This document shows positions 9,779 through 19,128 of a stretch of DNA of 64,000 bases, one piece after another (positions within the stretch are counted from its first letter, which is position 1; each line of letters starts with the position of its first letter). The stretch spans positions 66,380 to 130,379 of the forward strand of contig CALRGX010000001.1 in the NCBI GenBank assembly GCA_943358385.1, written 5' to 3'. Position numbers and translations under genes: made by a program. Source of the DNA: Parcubacteria group bacterium (GTDB lineage Bacteria; Patescibacteriota; Minisyncoccia; Phycocordibacterales; UBA2100). The notes beneath the pieces were generated by a model, which was not told the DNA's origin, did no database searches, and saw only the letters and a list, made by a program, of their open reading frames with translations.

Positions 9779-10324
9779 GTGATGCTGACTGAGGGAAACA
9801 TGAAATACCTCGAGACCATCTCTGACTCAGAGATGGTTCATCTGCAGCCGTTTAATCCGATGACTCAGGTTATTGCAAGTGAGATTATATCGCGCATACG
9901 GGAAGCATTACCGTCGGCTGATGTGTTTTATTTCGGCTCGTCCGCCCTCGGGTTGTTTGGGGAAAACGATATTGACCTAGGGGTTATTGATGCGCAGGAA
10001 TACGTTGCGAGCGGTGCCACGCTCGAAAGCTTGTTTGGACTACCGCTCAAGATTGATGAGAAAAACCATGTAGTGCGCTGGGAGTTCGTTCAAGAAGGGT
10101 TTCTTGTAGAACTGTTTCTCTCGGATGCTCTGGCAGGGAGAAGGCGTGAGCACCTGCACAATCACGAGCTTCTCCAGGAAGATGAGCAGTTGCGAGATGC
10201 CTATCAAAACTTAAAACGGGCAAGTGTTGGTTTGCCTAAACGCGAGTATATGAAAAAGAAGCTCGAATTTTTCAATGCACTTGCTGTTGATAACGAACAC
10301 AAACCCCCTCTGCCGGCGGTATAG
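9779..10324 (+). CDS. nucleotidyltransferase-fold protein (GrpB / Pol-beta superfamily-like)
   Basis: 181 aa; FGSSALGL…DIDLGV motif (hG[GS]…DxD). Confidence 0.45.
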   Translation: MMLTEGNMKYLETISDSEMVHLQPFNPMTQVIASEIISRIREALPSADVFYFGSSALGLFGENDIDLGVIDAQEYVASGATLESLFGLPLKIDEKNHVVRWEFVQEGFLVELFLSDALAGRRREHLHNHELLQEDEQLRDAYQNLKRASVGLPKREYMKKKLEFFNALAVDNEHKPPLPAV

Positions 10325-10331
10325 TGTCCAT

Positions 10332-10751
10332 ATGAAATTGCTCCTCACGTTGCTTGCTATCATGGTCTTCCTACCGCTTTCGACTCACGCGCAAGCACCA
10401 GAAACAGAATTACAGATTCAAATTCGGGCGGCACTCCAAGATCAGGCAAATGAGCAGGGATACACAGCACAGGAGCTTGATGAACTTGCTGCTGCCTTGG
10501 CACAGAATGCTCAAGAAGAGGGTATTTCAGCAGATGACGTCTCTCAGACCTATGGTTTTGCGCCTGAATCTTTCGAGACTGACGAAGAAGAGACGGCTAT
10601 GACTGACGATGATACATCTGCCGTGGATAATGCTACGAATCCGATCGTGATTGTTGGGGGAGTTCTTTTTCTAGGTCTTCTTGCCTGGGCATTGATGCGC
10701 TTCAAGCACGCACCTGTTTCCGAGACAACTGCTACGCCTCCTGTGGTGTAG
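10332..10751 (+). CDS. secreted acidic protein with C-terminal membrane anchor
   Basis: start MKLLLTLLAIMVFLPLSTHA (signal peptide) within ORF 10275..10751; D/E-rich middle; C-terminal TM IVIVGGVLFLGLLAWALM. Confidence 0.45.
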   Translation: MKLLLTLLAIMVFLPLSTHAQAPETELQIQIRAALQDQANEQGYTAQELDELAAALAQNAQEEGISADDVSQTYGFAPESFETDEEETAMTDDDTSAVDNATNPIVIVGGVLFLGLLAWALMRFKHAPVSETTATPPVV

Positions 10752-10862
10752 TTCCAGTGGCCTGCTTTACCCAGGCATTTTAGACGCGCCGCGCTCAGGT
10801 GCCTGGGCTGCCCGCACACCTTTCTGGCTTCGCCGCATGAGCGACTTACCAGGTCGTTCATG

Positions 10863-10943
10863 AATAGAGAGAAATTCACGGGCTTGCCCACACACCTTAG
10901 CTGCGGTGCGGCCTAAGGTGTGTGGGCTTGCATTCTCTCTATC
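10863..10943. repeat. long imperfect palindrome: outer arms AATAGAGAGAA/TTCTCTCTAT enclosing GCCCACACACCTTAG…CTAAGGTGTGTGGGC (member of the CACACCTT palindrome family)
   Basis: read directly; additional half-site cccgcacaccttt at 10811..10823. Confidence 0.6.
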
Positions 10944-11058
10944 CGCGCGTATACTGCGCGGACCTTAGAGGTTTTCCTCTGAGGCGACCATGTCCCTATA
11001 GGGACCACTGGCAGAACGGGAAACCGCGCTGCTAGCGCGGTCAAATCATTTTTACACT

Positions 11059-11664
11059 ATGAAATTCTTACTCGGCACAAAAGGACGTATGACGCAGGTC
11101 TTCGATGCGACCGGCCGCGTTACTCCTGTTACTATGATTTCTGTGAGCCCGCTCACGGTTACGCAGGTAAAGACTATTGAAAAAGACGGGTACAAGGCAA
11201 TACAGGTAGGGTACGGCGCCAAGAAAGAAAAGCGCGCCAACAAGGCTGAGAAAGGTCACTTTAAGGAGATCGCCGTTCCAAGAGTGGTTCGCGAGGTTCG
11301 CGACATGGAGGCAGAGCGCGGAGCCATAATCGATGTGTCGGCTTTCTCAGTCGGAGACACTATCCAGGTGTCAGCTATTTCAAAAGGTAAAGGTTTCCAG
11401 GGTGTGGTAAAACGCTATGGTTTTGCCGGAGACCTCGCCACTCACGGCCGCAAACACACTGAGCGCGCAGCAGGATCTATTGGAGGTGGTGGCCGAGCGG
11501 GCGGACGTGTGGTAAAAGGTATGCGCATGGCAGGGCGCATGGGAGGGGACCGCATCACGGTCACTAACCTCAAAGTGGTGCAGATCGATGCAGACAAAAA
11601 GTTCATGCTGATTTCTGGAGCGGTTCCAGGTCGCCCAGGTACAGTTGTTGAAATCCGCGGCTAA
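11059..11664 (+). CDS. rplC: 50S ribosomal protein L3
   Basis: 201 aa; typical L3 sequence incl. GKGFQGVVKR. Confidence 0.9.
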   Translation: MKFLLGTKGRMTQVFDATGRVTPVTMISVSPLTVTQVKTIEKDGYKAIQVGYGAKKEKRANKAEKGHFKEIAVPRVVREVRDMEAERGAIIDVSAFSVGDTIQVSAISKGKGFQGVVKRYGFAGDLATHGRKHTERAAGSIGGGGRAGGRVVKGMRMAGRMGGDRITVTNLKVVQIDADKKFMLISGAVPGRPGTVVEIRG

Positions 11665-11673
11665 ACTAAATGT

Positions 11674-12405
11674 ATGGCAACCAAGAAAATATCAAAAAAG
11701 AAGGTAGTCGCTAAAGAAGTAAGTACTGAGGCTATTACTGCACCAGTCCACACGATTGGTGGCAAGAAGGCAGGCACTGTTTCATTGCCTGCGGCACTCT
11801 TTGCTCTTCCGTGGAACGCGTCACTCGTCCATCAGGTGGTTACCGCTATGCAAGCTAACGCTCGCCCTTCGGTTGCACATGTGAAAGACCGCGGTGAAGT
11901 GCGTGGTGGTGGTAAGAAGCCATGGAAACAGAAGGGAACGGGCCGTTCACGTCACGGTTCTTCACGCAGCCCTATTTGGATTGGTGGAGGTGTGACCCAC
12001 GGTCCTCGCAACGAAAAGATATACGCACAAAAGATAAACAAGAAGATGCGTACTAAGGCACTCTTTACCGTCCTCTCACAGAAGGTTCAGGACAACGAAG
12101 TACTCTTCATTGACGCCCTTTCATTCGGTGTTCCAAAGGCTAAAGAAGCGAAAGGTGTGCTCACGACGCTAGCAAAGGTAGAAGGGTTCGCAGCACTCAC
12201 TCGTCGCAACAACGCCGTCCTGGTCGCTGTGCCACAGGTAGATGCAGCACTCCTCAAGAGTTTCCGCAACTTTGGGAACGTTACCGTCATGGCGGTGTCA
12301 AACCTCAACCCAGTGGAGGTGTTGCGATTCAAGCATCTGCTCATAGCTTCACCAGATGAATCAGTGGCGCTCCTCGAAAAGCGCGGTAGCACTAAGAACG
12401 CATAA
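11674..12405 (+). CDS. rplD: 50S ribosomal protein L4
   Basis: 243 aa; L4 family, operon position. Confidence 0.9.
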   Translation: MATKKISKKKVVAKEVSTEAITAPVHTIGGKKAGTVSLPAALFALPWNASLVHQVVTAMQANARPSVAHVKDRGEVRGGGKKPWKQKGTGRSRHGSSRSPIWIGGGVTHGPRNEKIYAQKINKKMRTKALFTVLSQKVQDNEVLFIDALSFGVPKAKEAKGVLTTLAKVEGFAALTRRNNAVLVAVPQVDAALLKSFRNFGNVTVMAVSNLNPVEVLRFKHLLIASPDESVALLEKRGSTKNA

Positions 12406-12409
12406 ATGT

Positions 12410-12784
12410 ATGGCACTTTTTTCTAAAACAACAAAAAAGAAGGTCGCAACAAAAACAGCTACTAAGGTGGCTGTGGCAAAGAGCGCTGGGGCATCTGTGG
12501 CAGAAGGGCTCTCGTGGGTCTTGATTGGCCCTCGCATCACTGAAAAGGCTACGCAGGTTTCTGAAAAAGGCATCTATGTATTCGATGTCGCTACTGCCGC
12601 AAACAAAATGCAGATTGCTAAAGCAATGTTCCAAGTGTACAAAGTGCACCCCGTAAAGGTGCGTGTTGCACAGGTACGTGGCAAAACAGTGAGGAATGCT
12701 CGCACGGGTATGACCGGCAAGCGTGTCTCGGGTAAAAAAGCATACGTATATCTCAAAAAAGGTGACACGATTTCGATAATGTAA
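12410..12784 (+). CDS. rplW: 50S ribosomal protein L23
   Basis: ORF 12356..12784 trimmed to ATG 12410 right after rplD stop; L23 core …VLIGPRITEKA…YVFDV…. Confidence 0.85.
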   Translation: MALFSKTTKKKVATKTATKVAVAKSAGASVAEGLSWVLIGPRITEKATQVSEKGIYVFDVATAANKMQIAKAMFQVYKVHPVKVRVAQVRGKTVRNARTGMTGKRVSGKKAYVYLKKGDTISIM

Positions 12785-12789
12785 TTTGT

Positions 12790-13635
12790 ATGAAAATATA
12801 TAAACCAGGAACTCCAGGACAGCGCGGCCGAACACAGATTGCCTACGGTGAGATTTTGACGGTGCAAAAGCCTCTCAAGTCACTCACGAGTGGTCGCAAG
12901 AAGGGTGCTGGCCGAAACAATCAAGGTCGCATCACTATGCGCCACAAAGGCTCAGGTGCAAAGCGCCGCGATCGCCACATCGACTTCCTTATGGCGAAGC
13001 ATGGTGTTCCTGGTATCGTAAAGACGGTGGAATACGATCCAAACCGCTCTGCGTTCATCGGGCTTGTTGCGTACAAAGACGGTGATCGCCGCTATATGGT
13101 ACTTCCACAGGGAGTCACTGTAGGTGTGGAGGTTACCGTCTCTGAGACAGCACCTATAAAACCAGGAAACCGCCTCCCTCTAAAGCAGATTCCAATCGGC
13201 ACATTCATCTACAACATCGAGCTCAAGCCGATGGGTGGTGCCAAAATGGTGCGTTCAGCGGGCAGTTTTGCAGAGGTAATTGCTCAGGATAGTGGCTACA
13301 CACACGTTAAGATGCCTTCAACCGAAATTCGCAAAGTGCCACAGACGTGCTGGGCATCAGTTGGTGCAGTGTCTAATGATGAGCACCACTTGGTAAACCT
13401 AGGTAAAGCGGGTCGCTCTCGCCACATGGGTCGCCGTCCAAAAGTGCGTGGTTCTGCGATGAACCCAGTCGATCACCCACACGGTGGTGGTGAAGGGCGC
13501 CAGGGCCGCGGCTTGCGTCGTGCAAAGACGATGTGGGGCAAACCATCGGGCAAGGGTCAGAAGACACGTACCCCAAAGAAATACTCAAATTACCTCATTG
13601 TTACTCGCCGCAAGGTAGGAAAGAAGCGCGGGTAG
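12790..13635 (+). CDS. rplB: 50S ribosomal protein L2
   Basis: 281 aa; GRNNQGRIT…HKGSGAKRR, MNPVDHPHGGGEG. Confidence 0.95.
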   Translation: MKIYKPGTPGQRGRTQIAYGEILTVQKPLKSLTSGRKKGAGRNNQGRITMRHKGSGAKRRDRHIDFLMAKHGVPGIVKTVEYDPNRSAFIGLVAYKDGDRRYMVLPQGVTVGVEVTVSETAPIKPGNRLPLKQIPIGTFIYNIELKPMGGAKMVRSAGSFAEVIAQDSGYTHVKMPSTEIRKVPQTCWASVGAVSNDEHHLVNLGKAGRSRHMGRRPKVRGSAMNPVDHPHGGGEGRQGRGLRRAKTMWGKPSGKGQKTRTPKKYSNYLIVTRRKVGKKRG

Positions 13636-13639
13636 TCTA

Positions 13640-13682
13640 CAGCGGGAAACAGTACTGAAAAAACTCGCGCCAGCGAGTTTTT
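13640..13682 (+). terminator. intrinsic terminator after rplB (aaaaactcgc gcca gcgagttttttc)
   Basis: stem-loop + T tract. Confidence 0.6.
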
Positions 13683-13743
13683 TCTTGCCTGGATCGCCGT
13701 TGTGGGCTACATTCCGGACGGACTCAGAAAAGGGAGAAAGCAC

Positions 13744-14190
13744 ATGCTTGCATACAGGACGTTGACAGTAGAAGATGCAAACGCACTCTGCAGCTTCCGC
13801 AACAGAGAATTGGAACAGGTCCACTGTCTCGCGTATCTCCAACACATGACCCTTCCTGAAGCAGAGGTAAGTTTTTTTCTCAGAGAGATCGAAGAAACAA
13901 AAACACGCACGTTGGTCGGCGTATTTCACGACGGACAACTCGTCGGCATCGGGGTAGTCGTACATCATGGCCGCTCAAAAGGTGAGGTGGGTGGGTATGT
14001 TGCTCGGGCATGGCGAGATGGCGGCGTGGTCGATGGTTTCAAGGCATGGGTAACGAAAACATGGCCCAATTACTGCATTATGGTGGATGTGGCGCCGGAA
14101 AAATCTCTCGCGCTGAAAGCGCTGCAGGGTACGGGTCTCACCGCAGAAGTGCTCACGGAGGGATGTTTGCAGTGGAAACGACCTGCATGA
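13744..14190 (+). CDS. GNAT-family N-acetyltransferase-like protein inserted between rplB and rpsS
   Basis: ORF 13702..14190, start placed at MLAYRTLTVEDANAL; core …QLVGIGVVVHH…GVGGY resembles GNAT acetyl-CoA fold; weak. Confidence 0.4.
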   Translation: MLAYRTLTVEDANALCSFRNRELEQVHCLAYLQHMTLPEAEVSFFLREIEETKTRTLVGVFHDGQLVGIGVVVHHGRSKGEVGGYVARAWRDGGVVDGFKAWVTKTWPNYCIMVDVAPEKSLALKALQGTGLTAEVLTEGCLQWKRPA

Positions 14191-14375
14191 GTATGTAAAC
14201 ATTGTAGGTGCACACGCATACGACCATAGACAACGTCTATGGTCGTAATTTTATCAACTCTGCACAGCGCTTTGCCGTCTCCATGGAACGCTTGGTATGC
14301 GCCTAGGAGGACACATGTTGACACAGTGAACCTTTTCGCCTAGTATGGGCGAGCCCTGTGCGGGCTTCTATTTTT

Positions 14376-14717
14376 ATGGCACGATCAATCAAAAAAGGAC
14401 CATACGTTGACGAGCGACTTTTGCAGAAAGTCTTGAAACTCGGCAAGCCTGGTAAGACACCTATCGTCACCTGGGCGCGTGCTTCACAGATTCCACCGGA
14501 ATTTGTTGGACACACGTTTGGTGTCCACAATGGAAAGACGCACATTCCCGTACTCGTTACCGATGAGATGGTAGGACACCGCCTTGGTGAATTTTCACCA
14601 ACAACCCGCTTCGGCCGTCACGGAGGTAAGATGCAGAAAGAAATTGAAATGAAGGCGAAGGAGTCTGAAATTGCCGCTGCTAAGGCTGCAAAAGCGACCG
14701 TCGTCGAAAAGAAATAG
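14376..14717 (+). CDS. rpsS: 30S ribosomal protein S19 with Lys-rich C-terminal extension
   Basis: [16 protein letters not shown]…[10 protein letters not shown]; extension [29 protein letters not shown]. Confidence 0.9.
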   Translation: MARSIKKGPYVDERLLQKVLKLGKPGKTPIVTWARASQIPPEFVGHTFGVHNGKTHIPVLVTDEMVGHRLGEFSPTTRFGRHGGKMQKEIEMKAKESEIAAAKAAKATVVEKK

Positions 14718-14720
14718 TAT

Positions 14721-15131
14721 ATGAAAGCGTACCTTGCAAACCACCGCCAATCGACACGAAAGACCAGACTCTTGGCAGATTTGGTACGCGGTAAAGGTGT
14801 TGCTGAGGCCCGACATATCCTGCACTACACCAACAAAAAAGGTGCTCCTGTATTTTTGAAGCTCATAAACTCAGCAGTGGCGAACGCTCGCACACAAGGT
14901 GTTACCGAAGAAATTTTGTTTGTTAAAGAAATTGCAGTCAACCAAGGTGTTGCCCTCAAGCGCATCATGCCGCAGGCACGAGGTTCGGCGCACTCGTATA
15001 AGCGAAACGCGAGCCACATCAGTGTTGTGCTGGGTGCAAAGAATGGAGACCAAAAAACAGTTACCAATGAAGCCAGAGCAAAAACAGCCAAGAAAGCTGC
15101 AAAGAAAGCTCGAGCAAAGAAAACCGTATAG
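14721..15131 (+). CDS. rplV: 50S ribosomal protein L22
   Basis: 136 aa; L22 family; operon position. Confidence 0.88.
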   Translation: MKAYLANHRQSTRKTRLLADLVRGKGVAEARHILHYTNKKGAPVFLKLINSAVANARTQGVTEEILFVKEIAVNQGVALKRIMPQARGSAHSYKRNASHISVVLGAKNGDQKTVTNEARAKTAKKAAKKARAKKTV

Positions 15132-15134
15132 CAT

Positions 15135-15818
15135 ATGACACACGTAGCTCACCCATTTGCACAGCGCCTCGGCATCATTCGTGACTGGAAGTCTCGCTGG
15201 TTCGCCAAGACCCCAAAAGAATTTCGCGGAAATATTCGCGTTGACACCACCGTGCGCACATTCTTGCGCAAGCGTTTGCGTGGTTTCTACGTCACCTCTG
15301 TAGAAATTGAGCGCAATCAGCGAGCACTCCGTATTCTCATCAAAACATCACGCCCAGGTATGGTGATTGGCCGCGGCGGGGAAGGTAGCTCAAAGTTGAT
15401 CAAGGAGATCGAGAAAAAGATTCGTGCTGCCGGCATCAAAGAGGTGCCTACAGTTAAGGTAGACATCGAAGAAGTGCGTTCCCCTGAGAGCCAGGCACCA
15501 ATCGTCGCGTACATGATTGCAGAAGGTTTGGAGAAGCGCATGCCATTTCGCCGAGTGCTCAAGCAGACGGTTGAAAAGGTGATGGCGAATCGCGATGTTC
15601 AAGGGGTACGTATCGGTATTTCAGGTCGCCTCGGGGGTGCTGAAATGTCTCGCCAAGAAGAAATCAAGCGCGGACGCGTTCCACTGCAGACACTGCGCGC
15701 CGATATTGATTTCGCACGCGAAGAAGCATACCTCTCATATGGCGTGATCGGTATCAAGGTCTGGATTTACCGAGGTGATATTTTTGCAAAAGATAACGAG
15801 CGCAACCGCGCCCAATAA
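15135..15818 (+). CDS. rpsC: 30S ribosomal protein S3
   Basis: 227 aa; KH domain GMVIGRGGEG, GVRIGISGRLGGAEMSR. Confidence 0.93.
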   Translation: MTHVAHPFAQRLGIIRDWKSRWFAKTPKEFRGNIRVDTTVRTFLRKRLRGFYVTSVEIERNQRALRILIKTSRPGMVIGRGGEGSSKLIKEIEKKIRAAGIKEVPTVKVDIEEVRSPESQAPIVAYMIAEGLEKRMPFRRVLKQTVEKVMANRDVQGVRIGISGRLGGAEMSRQEEIKRGRVPLQTLRADIDFAREEAYLSYGVIGIKVWIYRGDIFAKDNERNRAQ

Positions 15819-15829
15819 TTTCTTCGCTT

Positions 15830-16252
15830 ATGCTGTTCCCAAAACGACCTAAACACCGCAAGTGGCAGACTGACCGCACTAACGCTAAGAAGCGTGCGCT
15901 CCCTGATTACCGCGGCGCAACCATTTCTTTCGGCTCTTTTGGATTGAAGGCCATGACGCAATGCCGCATGAGCTCAAACCAAATCGAATCTGCTCGTAAG
16001 GTTATTTCTCGCAGCCTAGGAAAGACCGGTAAAATGTGGATTCGCGTGTTTCCTGACCGACCTCGCACACAGAAGCCTGCAGAAGTAGGTATGGGTGCAG
16101 GAAAAGGTGATCTTAAAGACTACGTATTTGACGTGCGCCCAGGACGAGTGCTCTTCGAGGTAGACGGTATTCCAGAGGCGATCGCACGAGAAGCTCTCCG
16201 CAAGGCGAGCACAAAACTTCCCGTTAAAGCCAAAGTAGTAGCTCGCATATAA
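15830..16252 (+). CDS. rplP: 50S ribosomal protein L16
   Basis: 140 aa; MLFPKRPKHRK…. Confidence 0.92.
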   Translation: MLFPKRPKHRKWQTDRTNAKKRALPDYRGATISFGSFGLKAMTQCRMSSNQIESARKVISRSLGKTGKMWIRVFPDRPRTQKPAEVGMGAGKGDLKDYVFDVRPGRVLFEVDGIPEAIAREALRKASTKLPVKAKVVARI

Positions 16253-16257
16253 AGCAT

Positions 16258-16476
16258 ATGGATATCAAAGACATCAGAAAGAAGAGCGAGGGCGAGCTCA
16301 CCAAGCTCGTAAACGACCAGCAGGAAGCATTGCGTGTATTTCGATTTAGCGAGGCAGGAAGCCGTACGCGCAACGTTAAGGAAGGGCATACCATCAAGCG
16401 CACGATTGCACGGATTCTAACCGAATTAAAGGCTCGTGAGTCGGGAAGCCTTGCTGAAACGAAGAAAACCGCGTAG
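16258..16476 (+). CDS. rpmC: 50S ribosomal protein L29
   Basis: 72 aa; MDIKDIRKKSEGELTKLVNDQQEALRVFRF. Confidence 0.85.
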   Translation: MDIKDIRKKSEGELTKLVNDQQEALRVFRFSEAGSRTRNVKEGHTIKRTIARILTELKARESGSLAETKKTA

Positions 16477-16477
16477 G

Positions 16478-16780
16478 ATGCGCAACGCTTATCGTATGAC
16501 ACCAAAAACAACACAAAACTCAGGAAAAACATTGCGCGGCACGGTAGTGAAGAGCGCGATGACTGACACCGTAACCGTGTCTGTCGAACGCTACATCAAG
16601 CACCCGAAGTACAAAAAGTTCTATCGCGAGTCTAAGAAGTACCTCGTGCATAACCCAGGAAACACAGTGGGCGTTGGTGACATTGTAACCATCCGAGAGA
16701 CACGTCCGATTTCAAAGCGAAAGCACTTTATTGTTTCAGAGGTAGTTCGCTCTGTAGCTAAGGAGGCAGCCGACGAATAG
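16478..16780 (+). CDS. rpsQ: 30S ribosomal protein S17
   Basis: ORF 16436..16780 trimmed to ATG after rpmC stop; GTVVKSAMTDTVTVSVERYIKHPKYKK. Confidence 0.85.
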   Translation: MRNAYRMTPKTTQNSGKTLRGTVVKSAMTDTVTVSVERYIKHPKYKKFYRESKKYLVHNPGNTVGVGDIVTIRETRPISKRKHFIVSEVVRSVAKEAADE

Positions 16781-16783
16781 CAT

Positions 16784-17164
16784 ATGATCCAGCCAAACAC
16801 TATAGTAAAGATTGCGGATAATTCCGGCGGTAAAGTCGGTTTCGTCTTCAAAATTCTCGGAGGCAGTAAGCGCCGCTACGCACACATTGGTGACGAGGTG
16901 GTTATCTCTATCCGCGTTGCAGAGCCGCGTAAGCCAATAAAAAAGAAGGATGTGGTTCGTGCCGTGGTGGTTCGCCAAAAGAAGGCTATGCGCCGCACGG
17001 ATGGTTCGTATGTGCGCTTTGACGAAAACGCAGTGGTCTTGGTGGAAGGGAAAGGTAAGAACGCCAAAGATCCAAAAGCGAGTCGCGTATTTGGACCGAT
17101 TCCGCGCGAAATTGTTGAGCGTGGTTATCAGCGCATCGGCACACTTGCCCCTGAAATTGTATAG
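16784..17164 (+). CDS. rplN: 50S ribosomal protein L14
   Basis: 126 aa; MIQPNTIVKIADNSGGK. Confidence 0.93.
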   Translation: MIQPNTIVKIADNSGGKVGFVFKILGGSKRRYAHIGDEVVISIRVAEPRKPIKKKDVVRAVVVRQKKAMRRTDGSYVRFDENAVVLVEGKGKNAKDPKASRVFGPIPREIVERGYQRIGTLAPEIV

Positions 17165-17167
17165 CCT

Positions 17168-17476
17168 ATGAAAATCAAGAAAGGAGACAAGGTGGTAGTT
17201 ATTGCTGGTAAGAGCCGCGGCGAAAAAGGTACGGTGATGCGTGCTATGCCCAAGGAGAATAAGGTGATTATCGAAGGGGTAAACATGATGAAGAAGCATC
17301 AGAAAGCGACGCGCCGAGGTGGAAAGGGTCAACTCGTAGAGCGCGCGATGCCTCTCCATGTATCGAATGTACAGGTGGTAGACCCAAAGACAGGAAAAGG
17401 GACCCGTGTGCGTATTGCTCGCGAGAAGGGTGGCATGACTCGTGTGGCCGTAAAAAGCGGCACAACGCTAAAGTAA
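17168..17476 (+). CDS. rplX: 50S ribosomal protein L24
   Basis: 102 aa; MKIKKGDKVVVIAGKSRGEKGTV (KOW). Confidence 0.9.
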   Translation: MKIKKGDKVVVIAGKSRGEKGTVMRAMPKENKVIIEGVNMMKKHQKATRRGGKGQLVERAMPLHVSNVQVVDPKTGKGTRVRIAREKGGMTRVAVKSGTTLK

Positions 17477-17498
17477 TCAGGTAATAATTCTGAGACGT

Positions 17499-18059
17499 AT
17501 GGCAAACAATTTTTCAAACATAACAAAGCAAAAGCACGACAGTGCACTTGAGGCACTCAAGGCAGAGTTTGGTTACACCAACCCGATGCAGGCACCTCGC
17601 CTTATGAAAGTGGTAGTGACTTCCGGTATTGGTTCTGTCTCAGACAAAAACAAGCGCACTCTCATTGCGAACCGTTTGGCCAAAATTACCGGACAAAAGG
17701 TTGCCGATCGTACTGCGAAGAAATCTATCGCAACCTACAAGACACGCCAGGGTGATTTGATTGGCTACCAGGTAACGCTGCGCGGTAACCGCATGTGGTC
17801 TTTCTTGGACAAGCTCGTACACATCGCTCTTCCTCGTACGCGCGACTTCCGTGGCATCAAGGCAACGGGCTTCGACGAGATGGGTAACTACTCATTCGGC
17901 ATCAAAGAGCATACTATTTTTCCAGAGGCAGCAGACGAAGACATCAAAGACATCTTTGGTATCGGCTTCACCATCGTAACCACAGCAAAGACAAAAGCTG
18001 AATCTGAGGCGCTCTTGCGTCACCTCGGGTTCCCGTTCGAGCGCGAAGCAGATAAATAA
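17499..18059 (+). CDS. rplE: 50S ribosomal protein L5
   Basis: 186 aa; L5 family. Confidence 0.92.
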   Translation: MANNFSNITKQKHDSALEALKAEFGYTNPMQAPRLMKVVVTSGIGSVSDKNKRTLIANRLAKITGQKVADRTAKKSIATYKTRQGDLIGYQVTLRGNRMWSFLDKLVHIALPRTRDFRGIKATGFDEMGNYSFGIKEHTIFPEAADEDIKDIFGIGFTIVTTAKTKAESEALLRHLGFPFEREADK

Positions 18060-18094
18060 ACCCGTACATTCTCTAGGCTTAGAAATCTCGGTGC

Positions 18095-18264
18095 TTTTCC
18101 AAAGGAAGAGGCCGCCGAGATTTTTAAGGAGCCTGCGACTATATACATCCAAGTGTCTTTCTGAAAGAAGAGGCCGCCGAGATGTATAACGAGTCTACGA
18201 CTATATACATCCAAGTGCCTTTCCAAAGGAAGAGGCCGCCGAATTATTCGGCGGCCTCCTTTCG
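18095..18264. repeat. about 62-bp tandem repeat, 2.7 copies (…TTCCAAAGGAAGAGGCCGCCGAGAT…ACGACTATATACATCCAAGTG), last copy ending in perfect hairpin GAGGCCGCCGAATTATTCGGCGGCCTC
   Basis: read directly; units 18095-18155, 18156-18217, 18218-18264. Confidence 0.8.
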
Positions 18265-19128
18265 TTGTTCGCGGTGTGCGCCGCTGAGAAGTCTACAGGT
18301 GCGGTACGCATGGTACTTGGCGAGCCACTCTCCTCGGGGGAGGGTGGTTGCCGCAAAGACGCAGCGCATCCACACTTCTCGATACCAGAAAGACCGTTCC
18401 GGGTGCCTGAAGCGAGGATCGTAGCGCCAGATGCGCCAGCCTGCATGAAAGAACAGACGTGTGCCTCGCATGCGAGCGGTCATACTCCTGGTCGCGAGGT
18501 GGGTGCGTAGTGTCCGGATAACGGTGCCGTGGAATCTTCCGAAGCGACTCAGATACCACTTGCTCACCGCATTATCAAGCACGGTCTTCTGAATGAAGCG
18601 TACGGTCTTGATGAGATACGGCACCATAAAGCCGATGGGGAACAGTAGAATGACCCAGTGTAGTGAAATCTGGATCACGATCATGCAGATGACAATTCCT
18701 AACTTGGTGAGCAGATGCTGCTTGAGCCACCATAGACGGGCCGATGTGCCTGCTCGTCTGGCGCGTTCTTTGAGAGTACGCACCTTACTCGTCCAGGCAC
18801 CAGCGAACATGTACTCGAGCGTGACGCTTGCAGCAATGCCTGTAAAAATACGGGCCACTTTTGATGTCGCGATGGCGGCAACGATTATCGAAAAGCGTTC
18901 TGCCCCAAAGACGATAAATCGCCAGAGAGCAAGCACGCCTTCGAGGATGATGCGCCAGAGCACGATAGCTGCTTCAACGAGTAATCGCCATGCAGCCACC
19001 AGTATATTTCCAAGGAACCGCGCAGTTGCCCCGAGGGCATCCAACTCGGCATACCAGTCTATGGCAAGAATGAGAGCTATAAGTACTCCAAACCCCCACC
19101 ACCATTCTCGGCGGTATTTCAGTCCCAT
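18244..19128 (-). CDS. polytopic membrane protein (294 aa), opposite strand, inserted between rplE and rpsN
   Basis: multiple hydrophobic helices, Trp/Arg-rich; no family recognised. Confidence 0.5.
   Translation of the reverse strand: MGLKYRREWWWGFGVLIALILAIDWYAELDALGATARFLGNILVAAWRLLVEAAIVLWRIILEGVLALWRFIVFGAERFSIIVAAIATSKVARIFTGIAASVTLEYMFAGAWTSKVRTLKERARRAGTSARLWWLKQHLLTKLGIVICMIVIQISLHWVILLFPIGFMVPYLIKTVRFIQKTVLDNAVSKWYLSRFGRFHGTVIRTLRTHLATRSMTARMRGTRLFFHAGWRIWRYDPRFRHPERSFWYREVWMRCVFAATTLPRGEWLAKYHAYRTCRLLSGAHREQRKEAAE

Noticed and set aside
10752-11058. SRP RNA or RNase P RNA in the structured region upstream of rplC
   Set aside because: Only a short UUACCAGGUC-like match; none of the extended conserved blocks (GGAAGCAGCC / GGAAAGUCCGG) are present. 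Left as an unassigned structured region.
18095-18264. CRISPR array
   Set aside because: The whole 62-bp unit including the would-be spacer is repeated, there are only 2.7 copies, and no cas genes are nearby; it is a simple tandem repeat.
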